This document shows, piece after piece, positions 50,401 to 59,329 of a stretch of 62,000 nucleotides of DNA. The translations under genes and the position numbers were made by a program. Source of the stretch: Lama guanicoe (lineage: Eukaryota); assembly GCA_013239625.1 (NCBI GenBank), contig MU054220.1, positions 2,975,374 to 3,037,373 on the forward strand, given 5' to 3'. Every line of letters begins with the position of its first letter. The first letter of the stretch is position 1. The notes beneath the pieces are model-generated. The model saw nothing but the letters and a program-made list of their open reading frames with translations, did no database searches and was not told the DNA's origin.

Positions 50401-52890
50401 GAAGAGGCTCCCCTTCCCAGGAGCAGGCCTGAGCCGCCTGGTCAGGACTCGTGCCTCTCAGTTCTCAGTCTGCTGGGGGAACCTGGAAGGGCCTGTGCGG
50501 CAGAAGGAGATCTGACTCCTGCCAGCTGCCTTCTCTGTCTTTCATCTTGCGATCTAACATAACAAAGACAGAGCGGCACTTTTGGTGGGCCGCCCAGGAG
50601 ACAGGGTTGTGAAAGGCAGAGGGCCTGAGTGTGGGAAGGGCTGGGGTTAGGAGTCTAACGAAGAACAGGGAGAAAGGGAACAGTTGGACCCCGGCTGATC
50701 CAGCCTTAATCCGATTCCAGCGGTGGAGGTGGAGACGGCTGGGACTGGGGAGGGGAAGGGAAGGAATGGGAAGAAAGGGGGGAGGAGGGTGAGACAGGGT
50801 TCCCCCACTTCACTTAAAACTCATTCTTTACATGGGATTTCTCCATGGTACCTTGATCCTGATGGAAACGCTGGGATGCAATGTCTGGGGAAGTGGTTGC
50901 CATAATTGCAAGGGAGTTGCCTCTGACCCGTGCCCAGGTAGAGTGGGTTCCTTTTCTCTCAGTTCCGAGAGAAGGGAGGCACAACCATTACTCTTTTTCT
51001 AGATCCTTCCTAATCTCTTTGCCATCCCAGCTCCGCTTTCCTCTTCGGATTAGCAATGTTAGAATTGTGAGGTTTAGCAAACAAGTGCAGCTGGTAGCAA
51101 AAAGCAGAGGGGGCTTTTTGTCTGGAGAGAAGAGCTTTGGGGTGTGACTCCAGTTCTACTTGAATTTGTATCTAGTAACTATATTGGTGAAAAATAATAA
51201 ATATGCCAGAGGGCAGCTGGGAGGAAGAGTGGTTGGCGCTTTCCTTTGGTAGGTCAGAATCAAGGTGAGCACCTAGGACACAGCAGACCCTTGTGTTAGT
51301 TAGGTGAGGTCATGGGTGAGGACATTATGGTGGGTTGGGTGACATGGATGGACCTGGAGATGGGTCATGGAGAGTGCCTGATGAAGTGGGAGAGCGTCTT
51401 CTGAAAGGCATAGATTCAGAAGCAGAGTCTCCAGATGAAGCGTGACATGGATGGGGTGGCTCCTCCTGCTGCCTCAAGCCCGCTCTCGTGGCTGGGTGGT
51501 GGCAGGTGCCCTCTCTGCTTGGCCCACGCCTTTCGTAGCTTCCCACAGTTTGTTTCCATCCTGAGGGGAAAAAGGAATCTGATGGAGATGGAGAAACACA
51601 GAAAGAGAAAACCAGACAGTGACCAAAAGGCAGAGACCCAGAAGACCACAACTACCTGGATGTCAAGTCCTCCGAGTTACCCCTCCTCTGCTCACTGTCC
51701 TGCAAAAAGATTCTTATGATTCAAAGTTATATTTACTAGGGTTTTGGAGCCTTTTAAAGGTGCAAAGGGAAAAACAAAACAAAAACAACTGGAACTATAA
51801 ACAGCCACTTTTGCTAAACTTTCTGAGTTTACAAGAGGCACCATCTTGGTGAAAAGCCATTACTCATCTCATTCATTCCCCCTGGGACTTGGGTTTGTGT
51901 GCAAGAAGAGGGATAGAAAGTGGAGAGAATTTTAGAGTCAGAGCCAGGTAGAAGACAGATTCTCCCCTTGAGCTCCCCAAGGGTAGGGAAGAGGCTCTTT
52001 TGATGTCTGTATCCTGAATGTCTGTGTATTGTAGAAGTTCAATAAATAGACATTTACTGAATTGAACTAAGTAGTCTATTGGATTTCTCTGTGGGCAAAT
52101 ACACAACATTAGCTCCAGTGGAGAAAGCGACCATAATGGTAGAAGATGGAGCAGAAGATAGCCTGGATTTGGAAATCCAAAAGAAAGAGGCAGAATATAT
52201 TCCAAAGAACCACAGTTGGGAGTGGGGATAGAATGGATATAGGGAAAAGCAGAGGGTAGAAAGAGGCAGAAAAAAGAAGAAAATTGGAGATTAGCATAGA
52301 GATGAAGGAGCCTAGCTCAAGGGCCATGTTGCCTTTGAACCTGTGCATACTTCTTCCTCTAAATCCTTTAGTCTTTCCTTTAGGTTGAAGTTCAGGTAGG
52401 ATCCCTGACCCCCTCACTAGAGAACACAGCATTGAAAGAGACTACCATTCCTTAGGACTTTAGGAGGCAGAGGGAGAGGATGATTCCCCAAGTGGTGGGA
52501 GAGTTGGTGGGGGGAGTGGTCAACACTCGAAAGCCAGGGAGGGATGTAAGGGTGGACCTTAAAATAGGGATGCAATAGAAGAGTTACTACCTAAGTGAAA
52601 GATAACTAGCACTCATGGGCAATAGCTGAGATTCGCCATCTGTAAATTCAAATTGATCTCGTTGCTCAGAGCTGATCTGTTACATGTTGTAAATGTCAGT
52701 AAGGGGCCACTCAAGTTAATCAGAAACTCAACAGTCTCAATGTTACCCCACAGCAGTTTGTCATCTGAGAAGTTCAGCATGTGGCTGTGAGGCAGTGTAG
52801 TCATGACTGCAGAGGAAGGGACATTGGTCAAGAGACCTCTGATCTGACCCATGGAGACGAGGACCCATGGAGGGGCTAGGAGTCTAGAAT
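47410..52890 (-). mobile_element. Fossil Sushi-type Ty3/Gypsy gag-pol, unit B
   Basis: gag: IRGLLTN...NFSDDK...VEFLINLSGPLL (ORF 52613-52852). CCHC-like: ICL/FY.GSDSKF ~51925-51960. PR-like: PLVNSES ~51815-51842. RT: HLPPPSHESGLEAAGGATPSMSR (ORF 51416-51649), LLIRRGKRSW ~51025-51058. RNase H-like: RNY/DGTQEL ~50270-50298, IALPSWMRPYL (ORF 49786-50040). INT: TLRLLQEVDHHS (ORF 49204-49503), DNPGVWEES (ORF 48087-48308). GPY/F: KEFRGIHPY..NPTA/FNLTLP....HHIF 47600-47795. Chromo: YLPTWKGSG...W 47420-47465. Confidence 0.7.
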
Positions 52891-53565
52891 GAAGGTCCCG
52901 GTTCTTGGAAATATATGTGTTGGAAGGTATCTCAAAGACCTTCTCTCCTAGTGGTTTCCAGACTTGGATTTACAAAAAGCAGCATTTCCCCCTCTAAAAT
53001 TTTGGGGACTAACAGTTTTTTAGGTCAGAATATTAAAAATCTAAACCTGATTTACAATCACCATCATTTTACAAAAGAAAGAATCTTTTACTGCACAAAA
53101 GTAGGAAGGCTATAACCTCAGAACAAACATGTTCTTATGAATCTTACGTTTATGATTTTGGGAGCAAACTGGCCAATACTGGGACGGAGGAATTGATCCA
53201 ATCTACTTCTCTGCTTTATTGTCTCTGCTTTGGCAGCAGGATAGGCTAACTTGAATGACTTATATCTGGAGATGGAACAGACTCCTAGAGGCTGGGCAGC
53301 TGACAGAGATGCTAGCAGCCGCCACTGTAGCTCTAATCATGCTGGACTAGCTAGTCGCGATTTCCTGAGTATGCCGGAGAGCTTCGTTACTCAGGGTTGT
53401 TTTTTATGCTCTTTCATCAGCAGGGAATGCAATGCCTTCCTCTCTTTCACATTTTCCAGGGGCAAAATCTTACTCATCCTTCAAAACTTAGCTCAAGTGC
53501 AATGTCCTCTGAAATATGTCCCAAGAACCTTCCCCACTGCCACCTCAGGAAGGAATTTTTGATTA

Positions 53566-53903
53566 CAGTTGCCTTCCCTTGTCCATGAGGGATATGGTCC
53601 AACACCCTCAGTGGATATCTAAAACTGGATAGTACCAAACCTTACATATACTATAGTTTTTTCCTATACTAGCTAGGCGGGAAGTGTATACAGTGTGGAT
53701 ATCCTGGACACAGAGACGATTCACCTCCAGGGTGGGAGGGAGTGGACGGTGTGAGATTTCATCACGATATTCAGACTGATGTGCAACGTAAAACTTAAGA
53801 GTTATTTATTTCTGGAATTTTCCATTTAATATTTTCAGACTCTGGTTGACCTCAAGTAAACAAAACGTCAGAAAGCAAAATGGTGGACAAGGGAGGACAA
53901 CTG
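53566..53903. mobile_element. MER44A-like Tigger (TcMar) MITE, complete, inserted in an L2 fragment
   Basis: TIRs cagttgccttcccttgtcca and (reverse complement) cagttgtcctcccttgtcca, 18/20 match; TA TSD at 53564-65 and 53904-05; internal atttctggaattttccatttaatatttt. Confidence 0.9.
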
Positions 53904-54594
53904 TATTTTACTTCTCTATCTCGGTAACACTGTGTATTCTAATTTTTCATTCATATGCTCTATTAGTGGCATGAACAGTATGCTAAGGTGATGACTTCTT
54001 TACCAGAATGGGGGATTTGGGGTCAAGGACTGTTTATTTTTGTATCCTCAGTGCCTGATATACAGGAGGTAACTTAAAGCCCAACATGTCAGGAGCTGGT
54101 GGCAGGGAGTTTGGCTAATTGCTCTAAAATTGATGGCTGCCCCAGCATCAGGTCTCTTGCTAGTGGGTAATAGTCACTGATGCAGGCTGGTAGCTGTTTT
54201 ATGCCTTGGGGTTTTGACAGCCTTCCCTGGGGGGAGTGGTCTTGGAAACTTACGTATAGAGGCTGGGGTTCATAGATAAGGCTCTAGTTTAAGAAATAGT
54301 GGACACAATGAAAAGCAAGATACCACTTACTTTTGAGGACCAAGTAGTTAAAAAAAAAAAAAGGCTTCCTCTACCAAAACCAGTGTTTGAGGAAATGATC
54401 TACTTACTAGGAGTAGTGCCAAAGGCCCGGATGCCAGGACCAGGTTCCTGGGTCAGAGCAGGACTACTAACAATTTGACTTGGTCTGACTCCATCGAAAG
54501 CTTCTTAATAATTCTGTCGCAAAGCTGGCCGCTTGGTGTCTGAATTGCAGATGGGGGACCGGTGTGCTTCTGGGTAGGGAGCCGGTCACAACAG

Positions 54595-55615
54595 ATAGCC
54601 ATTCAACCTGTCTGAAAAGTCTTGGGATGGAGCACTCCCAACTTCACAGGGTAGTTCATTTCACAGCAGGATTGTTGTGACTATTTTTAAAGGCTCTCTT
54701 TTTTGAACTGAACTCTGCCTTGCTTATAACTAGGACCCATTGGTTCTAGTTCATCCTTCAGTACCCTGTAAAAGCCCCAAATCTCTTAGCCACATAAATA
54801 TGTGAAGAAAGCAAACACACGTCCCTACAAATTATTGTAAACCTTATTGGCTCCTTCAGTCATTCCCCTCCCTCCACCTCCCCAACCATTCTTAATGGAA
54901 TATATTTTTAAGTCCTTTCACCATTCTGCTCACCCATCTCTGGACTTGCTCTAGGTCATGAATGTCCATCTTAAATACAGTAACAGTGATACACAGCTGG
55001 GCATAGAGTGTGTAGTGAAATCACTACCTGGATATTGTAGTTCAATTAATGCAGCCTGAGGAGGTTGCAGACAATAAAACCCCCGATCTTTGTTATTTGT
55101 TCCATTTTTTCTTGAAATTTGAGTGGCTGTTAAGCCAGGTTCTCCATTTTACACTCAATTCAATTGATTTAAGTGCAGGATTTCATCTTTTTAGATTAAT
55201 GTCCTATCTGTTGAGATAGTTCTGAGTCTTAATTCAGTTAGGCAATATCAGCTATGCCTCTCTGTTTTGTGATATTAGCATATATTGAGGGATGCTGTGT
55301 TTATGTCTTTGTTGTCATAATTTAAAAAAATGTTGAGCTGGATGGAGCCAAGCAGAGTGTGACTGCGGTTAATCACACAGTGATGGATTCACCTGGCTGT
55401 CCTATCATCCTGTACATGTATCTCTCCTTGGTTGATGTGAATATTATGAGACATTTTGTCAAATACTTTCCTGGTCAAGGTATAAAATAAAACATGTCTT
55501 AGTTTTTGCCTGTTCTTCATCTTAGTCATCCTATCAAAATAGGAAATTTGATTAATGTAGCATGACTTGTTATCAGTGAACCTCTCATGGGCTAGTTTTA
55601 TCCTGACAGTTATCC
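54595..55615 (-). mobile_element. L3/CR1 LINE fragment
   Basis: acccattggttctagttc, ctctggacttgctc and attaatgcagcct match the L3 3' region; the minus strand gives RT remnants resembling GFT.NKSC..N (~55545-55582) and KVFDK (~55455-55470). Confidence 0.8.
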
Positions 55616-57814
55616 TGGACTAAGAGAGGAAAACACCAAGTTATCTATATATTTGACGCTAATATCCTTTGAGCAAGACAATTACTTTTCTGATTCTGTG
55701 TTTACCAAGTAATATTCTATTCTGGTCTCTTCATTGTACTGCCTTCCAAGAAGGACATGTCCTATGTAGAGAATTTGGGTTGGTAAATTGCTTATTGCAA
55801 AGGAATTAAGTAGTAGTTGGGTTTTAAAATCTGTTTCTTAGGAACTTGGCGAGTGTGAATCTGTTCATTGAAGCCTGACTGAAGAAATGACAAGATTGAT
55901 TTTGCAATTTATATTTTGCAAACCCTGGAATGCAATGACTCCACCAAAGGCTGGCTGTCCAGGGAAGTTCAGCTTAAAGCAGCCAACCAGAATTTAGACA
56001 AGAGGGAAATCACTTGTAGATCGTATGGTAGGAAGAGCTCCCGGAGGGATGAGAAAAGAGAAGTCTGTTGTCCATTGGTGTATTTTAATATTTGTTCCTT
56101 TCCCCTCCTAGATTCCTAAGAAGGGATATAAAGTGAAGTCCTCCCAATCCCCAAATCCTGGCATAGTTCATTGGTGAGCTTACTCTACCATAAGTGGATG
56201 GTATATGAAAGCACTGAGGCTTTTAATCAAGGTGATGACAAGTTTGTAAAATCCAGTAAGAGTGTTTTCTATTCCTGATGGCTCTAACTAGTTGTTTATG
56301 TCAGCTGGTAATAGGTAACATCCATGAGTTTACTTTGGAGCTTCAACCACAGTGGTCTTGCTGTTCCCTGCTACTGAATGGTTCCAAGGTCATAGCAGGC
56401 TAAGATGTTGTGACTCATCAGTCACAAACCTGTCCAGGTCAGGACCAATGGCTTTTCTTTCACGTCAGGCTTAAGATCTCTGCTTCCTTTCTTGGCCTTT
56501 GCCTCTTTCCTAGCATCTTGCTAGGCAGCAGGATCTGGTTCCTACTTGCTTTGAGGTGATATTAGACTTTGCCCCCTTCCTAGACTTGGGAAATCTTCTT
56601 CCTCACCTCCCTGCTTCTCACAGGTACCCTCCTCCTCTACTTCCAGCATGTGACTGAACGGCTTTGGGATTTCCCCAACACTAAGGAGTTCCGGCCATGA
56701 CCATGTCCCTGAATCAAGGATTTAAAAGCCTAAGGTTTCCAGGTTGAAATTGGAGGGAGAGGGAGAAATACAGAAAGCCACAACACAAAATTAACATCCT
56801 AAAAGAAATCCTGGTGCAAGGTTGTTTGTCATGCCCTTCCACTTCTCTGCTTTACCATTCCCTGATACACTTCCTCAGTCCTTCTACTTTTCCAGGTCTT
56901 GATAGAACACTGTTTTGTCTTTATGGCTAACAAATCCAACATGGCTACTAGAGGGAAAACTTCGCTTAGCATCCCACCTCCCTTGCTTCTTGTTGGTCAA
57001 ATGACTACCTCACTTCTACCATGGTGAGATGCTAGTTTTAGGTGTAGAGAACCTCATGACACTCTAGCCCTACATGTGTACATAATTTAGTACACGCGTT
57101 TCCTGTAAACTGCTTTGCCAGAGGCAGTGTTAGTGTTGGCTAGTTTCTCTAGATCTTTAGGGTTCCTTGTGTTGTGATGACTGGTGTGGTTTCTGCAGGA
57201 TCCCGCAAGCAGAGAATCAGGACAAACAGGGTAAATGGGATTGGCTGAAGGGTGATGGTCTCTATATATCTCAGAAATATAACCAAAGCCCATTGTGCAA
57301 ATTCCACCCAACTCCATTATTATTATTGAGAAAATTCAGTGATGATTACCTCGATCCAATCCCAGTGAAGTTCAAGGATCGGTCCTTAGAGACCACCATT
57401 TGTCTTCAGAGCTATTCATGCCATCATTTCAATGAGATTTACCTTGTGCACTTGTGTTAAGGGATAGTAGGAAAACATTCAGGTTGGTAATCCCCTTCGC
57501 TCTCTATTCTCAACATTCAGACTGGTTCTCTGGGGACACCAAATGTCACCGGGCAGCTGACAGTCCTTCTCTTGCAAGGCTTACTCGCAAGACTTGAAGC
57601 GTCTAAGAAGTTGAATAGAATATAAATTCAGTAACTGGTAGGTGCTGCCACAGCCTATGTTTAATGATCCGCTGATCTGTGCATAAAACAGAAGGATTCC
57701 AACTGCTATTGTCTTGTAGCCTTATCTTTCTTTTTCAATTGGGCTGTACTCTGCTTTTTTCTGGTGTTGCTGTAGTTGAATCAAGCTGTACTGCTAAGAA
57801 ACAAAATTGAATTT

Positions 57815-59135
57815 TCCCATTCTCCCTGTGTCGCCCACTATTCCACTAGACTGTAAGTTCCTTGAGGGTAGGGCTGTCTCATTCATCACTGTGATCCCAG
57901 TGCCTGGCCCTGGACCTTCATCACTGTTGGTGCTGAGAGTTGGATGGTCATTAAACCTGGAATGACACCTCCTCCTCCTTGGCTGGGTTGACACTACCCT
58001 CTTCTGCCTCACAAGCCCTTCTCAGTGGCCTCTACAGGGCTAGGCTAGGTCCTGCTCATTAAAAAAAAAGTTCTTTACTCCCCTAACCTCAGCCAGACTC
58101 CTGATTTAAGATTACATGCCAATGACTCCCCCAAGTTTATATCTCCAGTCACAGACCTCCCATGGGGTCCAGACTGACCTTTTAACTGCTTGGGTGTCTA
58201 GCAAGCATTTTCTACAAACACATCATGAGTGAAACAGAACTCTTGATTTTCTCCCCCACTTCCACCCTCAAACTGTTCCTACAGAAGTCTCCCCTCATAT
58301 TAATAATGGGATCTCCATTTGTTCAGAGCCTCCAAACTGGGTTCACACTTGACTCATCTGCTCTTTTTGCATCTCCACATCCAATTCAACATCAAGTCCT
58401 GTTAATGCTACCTCAGAATACATTCTTGGCTTGTCCAGTTCTTTGTTAGCTCTATTGTTACCACCCTCAGGCAAGGCCACCGTCATTGCTAGCCTGTGTG
58501 ATTGACTGATCGGGGGAGACTCTTGACTGCTTTTGCCTTTGCTTCCCTAGGTCTACTCTCTACACAAGGGCTCAGTGAGCTTTTAAAAATGTAAATTGAA
58601 TTCTGCTTTGCTTAAAACCCTTCTCTGGCTGTCCTTTGCGCTTGGAATAAAATCCAGACTCCTTGCTCCAGCCTAAAAGATGTGGTGTTCACTCATCCCA
58701 GCCTATCTCTGTAGTTTCACCATCTGCCGGCACGCTCTGCTCCATGCAGCTCGAGCCCTCAAATGCTCCAAACATACTGTTCCTGCAGGATCTTTGCCTA
58801 GCTGTTTTCTTCTGTCTGGAACGTTCTTTCCTCCAATCTTTGGCCCAGATCTTTCTCAAAATGAAGGTCTTAATTCACCTGTTGCCCCTTTAGGCTACTT
58901 CCCTGCCCTCTACCTTGTACCGCCTCTGCTGCCGCTCTCTGCCACTGTCCTTCTTGCTGCCTTTGTAGCACACATCACTATCTGAAATTATCTTATTTAT
59001 TTTCTTGATCACCGTCCATTTCCTCTGCTGACATGGAGGCTCCATGAAAGCAGGAACATGGTCTTTCATATATTCCACTGTTTCCCCAGTATCTGGCACA
59101 TAGTAAGTGCTCAGGCAATAGCTGGGTGATGAATA
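57815..59135 (+). mobile_element. L2 LINE fragments (short 3' end plus ~1.1-kb 3' region)
   Basis: ccactagactgtaagttccttgagggtaggg; atgccaatgactccc...atatctccag; aataaaatccagactcctt; tggcacatagtaagtgctca. Confidence 0.85.
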
Positions 59136-59329
59136 TCTGAGCGTGTTGAGTGAGCAGATGTTGAAGGCATTGGCAAGGTGGCTGCAAACAATGACTTTGG
59201 AGAGGTCCCGCTATGTTTTCTTTTCTCAGCTCAGGGTTTCCAACAACTGTATTTCCTCAGTAATAAAGTCTTAAGCTGACCACCATCTCTACTTCTCAGG
59301 TGGAATTAACTCACATTCATTAAATGAAA

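Larger units (their letters stand above)
52950..59280 (-). mobile_element. Fossil Sushi-type Ty3/Gypsy gag-pol, unit C (interrupted by L2, L3/CR1, MER44)
   Basis: gag end: LAVQLD 57780-57797, PIEKER 57725-57742, C-x2-H-x4-H 57664-57690. PR: LNTSAQG/NLIE 57428-57461, PIYPV/VL...DP ~57197-57240. RT: PSSSHVGFVSHKDKT 56911-56955, WKP*AFK...GH 56703-56741, LTGFYK 56243-56260. INT: GVRPSQIVS 54466-54492. GPY/F: SIGQFAPKIINV 53145-53180. Confidence 0.65.

Noticed and set aside
57070..57320. Integrase zinc-finger-like reading (WNLHNGLWLY; VLNYV)
   Set aside because: Out of domain order; the segment fits better as protease and PR-RT linker.
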